Assembly: GCA_951406725.2 (NCBI GenBank)
Contig: OX597839.1
Location: 15,562,001-15,626,000, forward strand
Direction: 5' to 3'
Length of the DNA stretch: 64,000 bases
Origin: Octopus vulgaris
Lineage: Eukaryota
Shown: piece by piece, positions 12,933 to 24,324 of the stretch
How positions within the stretch are numbered: position 1 is the first letter of the stretch
Layout of the letters: each line of letters starts with the position of its first letter
Notes under the pieces: generated by a model
The model's database searches: none
What the model was told of the DNA's origin: nothing
What the model saw: only the letters and a program-made list of their open reading frames with translations
Made by a program: the position numbers and the translations under genes

Positions 12933-13245
12933 TGAAGTGGAGGCGCAATGGCCCAGTGATTAGAGTAGCGGACTCATGGTCATAGGATCGTGGTTTCGAT
13001 TCCCAGACCGGGCGTTGTGAGTGTTTATTGAGCGGAAACACCTAAAGCTCTACGAGGCTCCGGCAGCGGGTAGTGGCAATCCCTGCTGTACTCTTTTGCC
13101 ACAACTTTCTCTCACTCTTTCTTCTGTTGGCCTGCTCGCTTAGCCAGCGGGGTGACGTAATTTGAAGGCTAAAACAATGCAAAGCGCATTGTGACCAGCG
13201 ATGTGTAGCAACATCAGATAGCCTGGTCGGTCACGGTGATCACGG
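12813..13245 (+). mobile_element. 5S rRNA + tRNA composite SINE inserted in a (TA)n tract
   Basis: 5S head, then A box TGGCCCAGTGA and B box GGTTTCGATTCC, body, tail TGCAAAGCGCATTGTG...TCACGGTGATCACGG; (TA)n on both sides. Confidence 0.75.
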
Positions 13246-13883
13246 TATATATATATATATTGCCAGAGGATTTGGTACCCATTCTTGACAAAAAGATAAA
13301 GTGAAGTACCAAGGAAGAAGTATATTCCAAAATAGACAAAAAAAACCCTGCAGTTGATTTGAACTGAAAATGTTAAGTGATTTGACACCCTAACTACTTA
13401 GCCATTTGATTTGTTTTTATGTCTTTCACCAGTCTTCCAATTAAACAAGAAAAGACTGAAAGTTAAAATCAGTCCTACACATCATGAATGTACACTGCTC
13501 TGTTCCACACAACTAACACACTTTATTGAAGCTTTTAATCCACTGAAGAAAATCTATGAATATTACAGCTTGTTATTCATATCAGACTTTTGTGTCAGGT
13601 CATGATAAACCATTAGTTTTCCTGATATTATACTCAATAAAGATTGAAATCTGGATAAAATTTGTATGTATATAGGGGAATTAATTTGACATTTTGGGAC
13701 TGTTCTTTGTGTTGAATGAGAAAACAATTATTTTACACTGCTCTCAAATGAAGAGATAATCTCGAAACATCAGATTCTTCTTCCAGTGGCATACAGAGTT
13801 ATCCAAACTCAAGAATATAAGTTTTTTTTTTTTTTTCATAAGCTCCGTTTCTTTTGTACTAATGTATAGTCCTTGCTTGTCAG

Positions 13884-13973
13884 CTAAACCAAAACATAAC
13901 AGGAGAAGTGAACCTTGAAACAAAGACTGGAACATTTCAGATATTCTTAAAAACTTCCATAAAGACATGTGAG
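13884..13973 (+). CDS. CFAP74: CFAP74 internal exon (LNQNITGEVNLETKTGTFQIFLKTSIKTCE)
   Basis: ttgtcag acceptor, GAG|GTAAAC donor; 90 nt, phase 0-0; matches INKDLEGNISFLAQTGEFSVPLKCSTKKC. Confidence 0.88.
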
Positions 13974-15005
13974 GTAAACTTTTTTTTTTTCACTTTTTAT
14001 GAAATTTCAATCAGCTAATGTGTATGAAGGTTTACATTATTATCTGTTGTTCTTATCACCTTCATTGCCATCATTCTTAGTATCATCATTATCATTTATA
14101 CAGTTTACTACAACACATGTATAGCTATACTAACACAGCTGTTGGTGGTCTGCACAGACAGTTTTATTATTGTAAGATATTGTATTGTTGAATGTGTAAT
14201 TGTATATGTACTGATATGTTGATATCAAACAATACATTTTCAGCATTTAATTCAGTCTTCTAATGTTTTGAGTTCGAATCTTACCAAAGGTGATTCTGAC
14301 TTACTGCCTTCCTAAGCAAACAAGGTAGAGAGCATTAAAATCAATAACATGACTGTAATGGAGTTGACTCAATCAAATGCGCTTCTTCCTAACAGGTTAG
14401 AGAGTGATCAGTCATCTGCTAGATTCACTCAACTATACCCCTGAACAGAGTAGTGTAGGAAGTGATAAAATCAGTACTTGTTATGTATTAATTCAATCAA
14501 CTATACTCCTTCCTTATTGAATAGAGTAGAAAGTGATAGTACCAGCTACATACTAACATTGACTCAATCCTCTACACTCCCCAGTACACAGGAAAGACTA
14601 GAGAAAGATAAATCAATTACAGTTTTGTACTGGAGTTTACTCAGTCAATTATACTCCTCATCTTTTTCAATGTGAAAAAGAAACCAATAGTGGTTTGATG
14701 AAGAGTCAATGAAGGGCAACATGAAGAGACTAAACCTCATGAAGGACATCACAAAGGACCAAAATAACTGGTCAGATACTATGCTGGAAAAGATTTGCCC
14801 AAGTATGGAAAAACAGATATAAAAATGATGATGATAATGATGCTTCTGACAACAGTGGCCAACATAATGTGGGCAATAAGCAAAGGCACTTAACATTAAA
14901 AAAAAAAAACTATTCACAACCTTTATTTTGTCACAAAGTTATTTTGTTGTTTGTCTATGTATTATATTTTGTCTTTTATTTGTAATAATTTATGACTTTT
15001 TTCAG

Positions 15006-15120
15006 CTGAAGATTAACACATCAACTGTGGACTTTGGCCAAACTGTTATTGAAGAGATCCTTAAGAAAAGCATCCACTTAGAGAATGATGGAGCTTTGGG
15101 TACAAATTATACCTTCATTT
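15006..15120 (+). CDS. CFAP74: CFAP74 internal exon (LKINTSTVDFGQTVIEEILKKSIHLENDGALGTNYTFI)
   Basis: ttttcag acceptor, GTAAGT donor; ASH-domain IDFG...L.N.G.LGT motif. Confidence 0.92.
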
Positions 15121-15581
15121 GTAAGTGTCTATACCACAGAACATTTTGGAGTACACTATCATCATCATCATCACATCTGTTTTCTGTGACAGAATGATTT
15201 GAATGAGTCACCACGGTTCATGTCTTATTTATTGTAATGGCAAGACAAAGGTTCACACACACACACATATATGATGGGCTTCTTTCAGTTTCCATCTACC
15301 AAATCCACTCACAAGACTTTGGTTGGCTTGGGGCTATAGTAGAAGACACTTGCCCAAGATGCCATGCAGTGAGACTGAATCTGGAACCACATGGTTGGGA
15401 AACCAGCTTCTCAGCCATACAGCTTTGCCTGCACCTACATATAGGTATATGTATGTGTATTTGTGAATATACTCAAATGCCAATATTTTACTTGTTGCTG
15501 TTTGAAAGATGCTAACATTGACATTTCTAGTTGTTGTCATAACTAGGCACTCTGCACTTCCAAAGACTTGTGTAAAATATT

Positions 15582-15795
15582 CTTTTCTACTCTAGACACA
15601 AGGCCCGAAATTTTGGGGGAGGGGGCCAGTCGATTATATTGACCCCAGTATGCAACTGGTGCTTAATTTATCAACCCTGAAAGGATGAAAGGTAAAGTTG
15701 ACCTCGGCGGAATTTGAACTCAGAACTTAAACACAGACGAAATGCTGCTAAGCATTTCACCCGGTGTGCTAACGTTTCTGCCAGCTCACTGCCTT
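15582..15795 (-). mobile_element. tRNA-SINE (Meta/MESC-like core)
   Basis: Reverse complement of the 3472 family head and core; 16-bp TSD ACTTGTGT(A/G)AAATATT; further copies at 16509-16722 and 17066-17280 (+). Confidence 0.8.
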
Positions 15796-16324
15796 ACTTG
15801 TGTGAAATATTGAGAAAATCCATTATTCAAAAAACAAGTAAGGGTTGACAACAGAAAGATTGTTGTCTGGCTATAAAATTGATCCTCAAAATCAATTCCC
15901 ATTTAAACCATGCTTGTATAGAGAAACAGATATTAAATGAATGAACAAGCAAATTAATAATAATAAACAAACAATTTAATGGCTTAACTAACTACCCAGC
16001 CGTATTATATCAACAGCAAGTCTAGTGTTTGTTTCTTTGTGCTTTCATGCTTATCTGAAGCAAATATTGTGGCAGTCGTTTGGGGCTGTGGGTTTACTTT
16101 CACATACCCGATCCACTTGGTTACATCTGCTGTATCAGATAAGATTGCATACATTATTAAGTATTTCGTTTCGCACCATTTAAAACAATTTTACTGTGTT
16201 TCTGTTTGTTGTTATCTCATATTCCATGAAAAAAAAAAAACTTAACAAAAAGGCATTTGTCTGAAATAGAAGTATCAGTGTTGTAAGATTCTCTTTTCAA
16301 CAAAAGTAAATTATTCAACCTTAA

Positions 16325-16508
16325 TTTTATTATTATTATTATTAATATTATTATCATCATTATTATTATTATTGTTATTATTATTATTGTTATTATCATC
16401 ATTATTATCATTATTATTATTATTATTATTGTTATTATTGTTGTTATTATTATTATTAATATTATTGTTATTATTATTGTTGTTATTATTATTATTGTTG
16501 TTATTATT
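16325..16508. repeat. (ATT)n/(GTT)n microsatellite
   Basis: Direct inspection. Confidence 0.95.
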
Positions 16509-17820
16509 AGGTGGCAAACTGGCAGAATCGTTGGCATGCTGAATAAAATGTTTAGTGACATTTTGTCTGTCTTTAAGTTCTGAGTTCAAATGTTGCCAAC
16601 TTCAACTTTGCTTTTCATCTTTCTAGGGTCAGTGAAACAAGTACCATTTGAGCACTGGGGTTGATGTAATCGACTGGCCTCCTCCCTTCAAAATTTCAGG
16701 CCTTGTGCCTATAGTAGAAAGCAGAGACATAGCCAGGTTCTCAAGTCAGAGGGAGTGAGCACATAAAAAAAATGGTGCCATGACACATACCAAACAATTT
16801 GTAACTCATTCTCCTTATATTATGCAAAATATTTCTTTATTTACAAGTAATTGTATTCTGCATTCATTAATTTCATGTTTCATTAACAATGTCATTTGTT
16901 ATTATGTATGAAACTTACAACTACTGACATAGGTAACTTAAGAGTTAAAATAAACTGTTGAGAGGCACCAATTTTGAAAAACTGGCTTGGAAAGAGCAGT
17001 TGCTCCCCTTGCTCTCCAATAGGCTACGCCACTGGTAGAAAGGCTTATCAATATTATTATTCTTTAAGGCGGTGAGCTGGCAGAAATGTTAGCATGCCAG
17101 ACGAAATGCTTAGTGGTATTTCATCTGTCTTTACATTCTGAGTTCAAATTCTGCCGAGGTCGACTTTACCTTTCATCCCTTCAGGGTCGATAAATTAAGT
17201 ACCAGTTGTGTACTGGGATCGATCTAATCAACTGGCTCCCTCCCCAAAAATTCTGGACCTTGTGCCTAGAGCAGAAAATAATATTGAAATGTGTGTGTGT
17301 GTGAAGAATTTATCATGTATGATATTTGCACAACTCTTATTCATCTTTGGTCAAACATCTGGTCACTCTGAGCGATTTCTTTTAGTTTATTTTTTGTTTC
17401 ATTCATGCAAATTACCTTTAGACCATAAATGACTTCTGTGAAATTGCGTGGCTTAGTGATTAATGTATTCAGCTCATGATTGTAAAGTTTGTGAGTTTTT
17501 TTCCTTGTGGCATCTTGTGTCCTTGAGCAAGACACTTCATTTCATGTTGCTCCAGTCCACTCAGCTGGTAAAAATGGGTTGTGCCTATAATTCAAAGGGC
17601 CAGCCTTGTCACATTCTGTATCACACTGAATCTCCCTGAGAAGTAATTGAAGAGTACATGTGCCTATGAAGTGTTCTGCCTCTTGCGTGTTAATTTCATG
17701 AGCAGACTGTTCCATTGACTGGATCAACTGGAGCACTCATCATCATAACCAAGTGTCAGTTAAATGTGTTCTACTCTTTTTTTCTGTATAAGTATCTGCT
17801 GATGATAAAGTAGAGCAATT

Positions 17821-17865
17821 GATGTGCTGATGATGCCTATTGAGGTAGAAAAATGTGTCCACAGC
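17821..17865 (+). ncRNA. Degenerate minimal type I hammerhead ribozyme motif
   Basis: GATGTG CTGATGA TGCCT ATTG AGGTA GAAA AATGT GTC CACAGC; sister copy at 30937-30981. Confidence 0.6.
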
Positions 17866-19243
17866 TGACTTCTTATCTTCAAAGAGTCAGACTGTCTTTT
17901 AGATAGTATGTCAGTTATGGAGAAAATTCTTGATTCTTAAGATCTTGTCCTATTTGGAGTATGTAATAATTACTACAAAGCTCACCCTCTCTGAAAGCAG
18001 AGAAAATTTTAATAAATCAACAAGTTCTGTTGTATTTTATCTAATATACATCCTTATTTGTCTCTGTTGCTCAAATATCTCTATCTATGGGTATATATCT
18101 TTGTGTGTGTGTAAAAGGAATTATGTGGAGAATATTTCTGTTTCATATTTTTAGGCAACATTTACAAGACCACTTAGCTGTCTGGCATATAGTTGCTCAA
18201 CACACTCCAACCCCAGATGTTCTATCTCCTGTTTCATCCTTTGCTTTCACTACAACACAAGCCTCTGTTTCTCAGAACTGTTTAGTCTCATGAACCTAAT
18301 TTCAGAGCAAAATAAAATACATATGGTTATGACTCAGTATATTTGTTATCTAAACCAAAGAAACATTATTTTTGTTTAAAAAAAAAAAAAATGGATGATC
18401 ATGTTCATTTTTTAGTTAAACAATGAACATATCTTGTTTCCCTATGATGAGTAACCAGCTATTATTATAAGCAATTTTTCTCAGACAATTTTTCTCAGCA
18501 ACAAAATTTACATTCTTGACACACACAAGCAAACCCCCTCTTAAAATTCTCAAATACCTTAAATTCAATACTGTGTCAGCAATATATTCAACTCAATAGA
18601 AATAATTGTTTTAAATGAAATAACTCACTCCAATTTGCTTTCATATCAGAGCAAAGATCAGTAGCTAATGGCTAAGGAGATGTAGTAAATCTTCACTAAC
18701 CCTTGACCTTGCCAAGTGAGAACAAACATCTATTTGTAAGGTTGGTGTTGGTACGTAAAATACTTAGCTGTGAGAGGGAGGGGGAAATCAGGTTGGAGAT
18801 ATCAACTGTGACCATGCTTTTATATTTAATTCTATGAAAGAAAAAGATTCCTCACCCTTAATGTTCATACTGATCGTCATTGCTGTCATTTGGCCTTTAA
18901 ATAAACTTGTATAATTTATGTCAGAGAATTTACACTGCAGCTTTGTAAAGAAAATACTTTCCTCTTCTTATGTAAGGAATTTTGTTAATGTATAAGATAT
19001 ATATGTGTGTGTGTGACACATGTATGTGTACAAGAGTATTATGTTAATATATACATATTACACACATACAAAGATTCATATACACATTCACTATTTTCAA
19101 TTATTTTCTTGCTTCCCAACCACATTGTTCTGGGTTCAGTCCCACTGTGTGACACCTTCAGCGAGTGTCTTCTACGATAGCCTTAGGCTAACCAAAGACT
19201 TGTTAATGGATTTGGTAAATTGAAACTAAAACACACACACACA

Positions 19244-19925
19244 TATCAGGTTGAGTAAAAAGTAAGTAACATTTTGAACCATGAAGAAATGGTACCAGAT
19301 TTTTGCAGAGTTTTGAATTTTTTTTAAACATTTTTTTTTGCAATTGTCTGATAATACAGACATAGACTTACCCAAATGCATCAATAAATTAACATTGATA
19401 TTTTTTACACAATCATCTGAAAGGGAGCTGTCAAAGCACAATATTCAAGCAATTTTGCTATTCAACTTCATAAAAGGATGTAAAGCAGCTGAAACTACTT
19501 GTGACATCAATGAAACATTTAATGAGGAAATGACCAGTGAGTAGTCAGCTCAAAAATGGTTTAAACGATTTTCCAGCAGAAACCTCAGCCTTAAAGATTG
19601 TGAGTGTAGTGGACGCCCATCTGTTATAGATGACGGTCAATTAAGGATGATCATTGAGAAGGATCCACATAGAACCACTTGAGAGCTGGCAAAAGAACTT
19701 CAAGTTAGCCAAAAAAACTGCTTGCAACCATTTGCATGCAACTGGAAAATAAAAATAGCTCAACAAATGGGTACCACACAGTTTGAATGAAAATCAGAAA
19801 ATGCACAGATATGAAATTTGCTCATCACTTCTTCTCCATAACCAGACTGATCCATTTCTCAAACGTATTATAATTTGCAATAAAAAGTGGATTCTGTACA
19901 ATAATAAAAAGCATTCTTTGCAGAA
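19244..19925 (+). mobile_element. Mariner transposase pseudogene (5' part)
   Basis: TA-TCAGGTTG terminus; GCKAAETTCDIN, QKWFKRF, SGRPSV, KWVPHSL, FLKRII..KKWILY motifs with stops and frameshifts. Confidence 0.85.
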
Positions 19926-20915
19926 TTGTGCTGGAGAAAAAGACCCATCAAGGCAAGCAAAATCGCAGTCATGGCAGATACCGGTGTCATGCAAATGGCA
20001 CCCCTTCCAGTGGCACATAAAAGCACCCATTATACTCTTGCGGTGGTTGGCATTAGAAAGGGTATGCAGCCATAGAAAACCATGCCAATCAGACTGGAGT
20101 CTGGTGCAGCCTACCAGCTTACCAGCCCTGGTCAAACCATCTAACCCATGCCAGCATGGACAACAGACGTTAAATGATGATGATGATATATATATGTGTG
20201 TGTATGTATTTTTGTGTCTGTGTTTGTCCTCCACCACTACTTGACAACTGGTGTTGGTGTGTTTGCATGCCCATAACTTAGTGGTTTAGCAAAAGTGACC
20301 AATAGAATAGGTACCTAGCTTTAAAGCTGGGTACCTATTCTATTGGAAAGTGTAAATGCAAGAGACCAGTAACAGCATGGGTGAGTAAAGGGAGCAAGAG
20401 TGTAATGGTGAAAACAGTGGGAGGGAATGAGTGATAACTAGCAATGCAGTAAGAAAGGTAGAGTGATGAAGAAAAGTGTATACATAGATGTGGCTGGTTT
20501 GAACGTTAAACATCCATGCCTGATTAAATTTTGAATTAGAAATAGTTCTAATAATGTAAGCATTACTAATGTCACATACTTGATGTATGTATTTTGTTTA
20601 TACTCTTACTGGCTGTGGAATTTCATCCAGGGAAAATCTTTTTAAGATGTTGAGTGTTAAAAAACAACTGAGTACCTCAAAACCAGATGAAATAAACTAC
20701 TCCATAGGTAAACGAAAACAGTGGATATTGATGGGGCATTCAGCATTTTGTAAAACTTTACATCTTAGAGGGATTTTCTCTGGACAAAATTCCACAGCTA
20801 ATATGTTTATAAACAAAAGGCATACATTAAGTATATGACATCAGTAAACTATACTTGGTAAATATGCAAATATTAATCAGATCTGTCAATATTTATACTT
20901 TTTTCTATTTTCCAG

Positions 20916-20941
20916 CTGAGAAAATGTTTTTAAAGACTAAG
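20916..20941 (+). CDS. CFAP74: CFAP74 26-nt micro-exon (SEKMFLKTK)
   Basis: Strong acceptor ttttttctattttccag, AAG|GTAGGG donor; supplies the phase 1 to 0 change the exon chain requires. Confidence 0.65.
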
Positions 20942-21254
20942 GTAGGGGTATCACTATCATCTCCCTTTTCTCTGTTTTTACATCATTACATGCAATTTCC
21001 AACAAGTTTTCCTGTATGTGTGTTCACGTTATATATGTTTACTATTTTGCTGTGTCTGGAGAGGGTCATTCTTTTTTGGTGCCTTTTTATTTGACACACT
21101 CACCAGTTCAGTTTCCACTCATTTACTTCTTTACTTTTTCCAAAATTTCCATTGCATCTTGTCCGTTATCCAAGCTGCATTCTTTTTGTTTGTACACAAG
21201 TCTGTGGGTCAGTGTGTGTGTGTGCATACACATATGTATGTATTTATTTATGTA

Positions 21255-21285
<31 letters not shown>

Positions 21286-21643
21286 ATGTATATATGTGTG
21301 TGTACGTTTGTATGTATGTGTGTGTGTGCATCTCTGTCTCTGTGTGTGCATGCTTGAGTGTGTCTGTGTATGGGGTTTTGTGACTATGTATATGTGTCTT
21401 TTATGTACGGATGTGTGTCTTCATATGTGTCCTTGTGTGAAGTGTGCATGTGTGTATATGGTCATGTATTTCAGTTTTCATTTGTGTATGTGTGGTTGTT
21501 TGTTCATATAACCTATGTACCTATCTATCTGTTTACATTCATATCCATTTACCCATATGCATATATATATATATATATATATATATACCCATATACACAC
21601 ACATACATACACGTCTACACAACAGCCTACTAACTATTCTACT

Positions 21644-21685
<42 letters not shown>

Positions 21686-21689
21686 GAGA

Positions 21690-22558
21690 TGAAAATGGTA
21701 AGACAACAAAAGAAAGAAAGAGACCTTGATATTATGTAAATAGAGGAATTTACCTGTAAATGTAATATGTGACAATTATTCGGTAGCCATGATAAAACTC
21801 CGAGTTTTGGATGCCAAGGTGGAAATCCATGCTGCCATCTCTTCAGTTATCCGACCATCGGAAAAAAGCTATAAAAAATGACCCCCTTTTCCGTGTTGTA
21901 AAAGAAAGCTTACCATCTCATGCGCTTAATCAGGTCTGTAATTTTCTCCAAAAGTTTCGTAGAGTATAGTTCCCTTGATGGTATAGGTATGTTTCTCATA
22001 GAATAATCGATGTAATAGGCATCCATATTGAAATCTTCTGCGGGGTAGAGTCCTCAACCGATGTCTGGCAATTTTCAAAAATAAGCTGTATTTGATTAGT
22101 GGCATTTTCCATATCAAGCATACTATCATGATTATTGACATTATGGTCCATCTTGCTACTTATACTATTTGTACTATTACTACCGTTAAGGAATTTTAAT
22201 TTTTCTCTATATCCTGCCTTCTCTAATGCAAAATGATAAAAGTCCTCATTTAGTTTAAATACTTCCTTGTTCACTGAGAGTTTATTAATTCGGATTGATA
22301 TATTTTCTACTATTGATCAGGTTATACTTTTTGGGTGATTGCTATTTTTATGAATGTATCTAAGGTTTGTATTAGGTTTATAATAAGGCCTGTGTATACC
22401 TGTACTTAGATCTAAATTAACATCAAGAAAGTTAACTGAGTTATGTTCCTCTTCTATAGATAATGGGAGTCCTATGTTTTTAAAGAATCTAAAAAATTTT
22501 TTCCTATATTTTTCTGTCTTGGCTTGAGGGGTTAAACAGTGAAAAGTACATCATCCCT

Positions 22559-22560
<2 letters not shown>
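21690..22560 (-). mobile_element. Decayed Penelope-like element fragment between TA/CA tracts
   Basis: RDD catalytic remnant, VNFLDVNLDL...RPYYKPN.NLRYIHKNSNHP thumb motif with an in-frame stop; hammerhead relic at its 3' end (21791-21851). Confidence 0.8.
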
Positions 22561-22596
<36 letters not shown>

Positions 22597-22664
22597 CTCT
22601 CTCTCACACACATACACAAAACTACCTCATACCTATCTTTATTTTAATGTCTGTTTTTATATAG

Positions 22665-22719
22665 AAAGATGAACACTTTTCAAAAGAATCTTATGCAAGA
22701 TCCTCTGATGATCAGCAAA
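22665..22719 (+). CDS. CFAP74: CFAP74 internal exon (KDEHFSKESYARSSDDQQ)
   Basis: tttttatatag acceptor, GTAAGT donor; phase 0 to 1; poorly conserved linker. Confidence 0.65.
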
Positions 22720-24127
22720 GTAAGTCCTAATATCTCCTACTCTATTTATTTATTCATTTTTCATGAGGATTATGTCGTATTTATTGAGATCAAATCCATG
22801 GATAATGATTAAGGACACCTGCTCTGAACAATTCCCTTTTACCCTAATTCTTTACATGTACATATTTACTTGGGGATTCTTGCATCTCTGCTTCAGCAAT
22901 TCTGATAAAGGATCTGCTTTTTAATGGTTCTAATCCCACTGCACAGCATTCGGGGCAAGCATCATCAATCATAGCATAAGGCTAATCAAAACCTTCTGAG
23001 TAAAATTTTGTAAATGGAAACTGTATGGTAGTTGGAGAGACTAGCATTGTTCCTGGATGGTTGGCTCAGTCACATACTTTAACATCACTACCATCATCTG
23101 GCCCCTGAGTTGTCTTTAACAGATTACTATCTGTTGCAAACAATCAAGCCATATTTCTGGTCTTCAGATAATTTACCCACTTTGTTTAAACTGGTGTTGC
23201 AGGTCTTGAGTAAGCCACAAGAGTTGCTTTCCTTCCTCTGACTAATCTATTAAAGCATAAAAAATCTACACTAAGGCTGAGGAAGCTTCTGTTTAGGAGG
23301 CCAGAATAAGACTGACAGTGCTCAAGCGTTGCCATTAGTTGAGTGCTGCTCCCACAACCAGAATGGTGATCCTCCATACACACAGACGTCCTGGTCTGCA
23401 TCAGAGAAGGATTACTTGACTGACTGGCATTAAATCACTAAAAACATACTTCATCCTTAACCCACAGTTGTGCTGTCTCCTCTCTCTGATTATCTTTGGC
23501 TACTATGATGGCCTCACAAAAAACATTAAATTAGGATTTAAAAATCCAATAAAATTCTTCATTTCATCAGTTCCTGTGCTGTAACTGCTCTAGCAGAACT
23601 GACCTAGGACTACTCAACAACAGATTTAAAACATCTCTATCAACATAAACATACAGTTGTATGCATAAGTTTCCAGTATAACTGTGCTGTTCTAAGTTCA
23701 CACCTTTTGTTTGGCATCTTGAACAAATCTTTTCCTATAGCCGTGGGTTGACCAATACTTTGAGAGTAGAATGTGATTCATGTATTCTGGGCAGAAGTTC
23801 ATGATATATATATGTGTGTGTATCTTTTGACAAAATATGTCAACAGAAAATATAATCATTGTGAAAACTAATAAACCAGTGCTTTTCAAGATGAATCCCC
23901 AGTGAAATTTATTTTTTCCAAGTCACACCGACAATATTGTAACTGACTAGCCATTGTCAATGCAGTGAAATAGCGATTGTCCCATTTGAGACCCATAATC
24001 AAAAATGTTAGTGTTCACAAAATATGATATAAAATAAAATAAATATTTTTTTGTTTTTCAACCTGTGACTATTCAACAACAATAAAAAGTTCTAAATTTT
24101 TTCTTTTTGTATGTCTTTTTCTCAAAG

Positions 24128-24324
24128 TTTCTAGTAACATAGAGCAAGAAGAATCCTTAGACGACATGGATGAAGAGGATATTGACATTTCAGTTGGGAA
24201 AGAAAGTTCTGGTTATATTGGTCCTTATTCTAGTGTAAAGTTAGAAATTGTGTGGCACCCAAAACTACCTGGTCCTCTGAGAACTAATTACATCTTCAGC
24301 TTCTCTGATTCAAGTTTAGAAACG
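24128..24324 (+). CDS. CFAP74: CFAP74 internal exon (...ISVGKESSGYIGPYSSVKLEIVWHPKLPGPLRTNYIFSFSDSSLET)
   Basis: ttctcaaag acceptor; matches GEIGPFSSIKVPIVFTPVIPG; probable GC donor ACG|GCAAGT. Confidence 0.85.

Noticed and set aside
16217-16589. Poly-N / poly-I ORFs
   Set aside because: (ATT)n microsatellite next to a SINE.
18155-18293. Acceptor-like ttttag followed by a short open frame
   Set aside because: Stops early in the phase required by the upstream exon; no donor or CFAP74 similarity.
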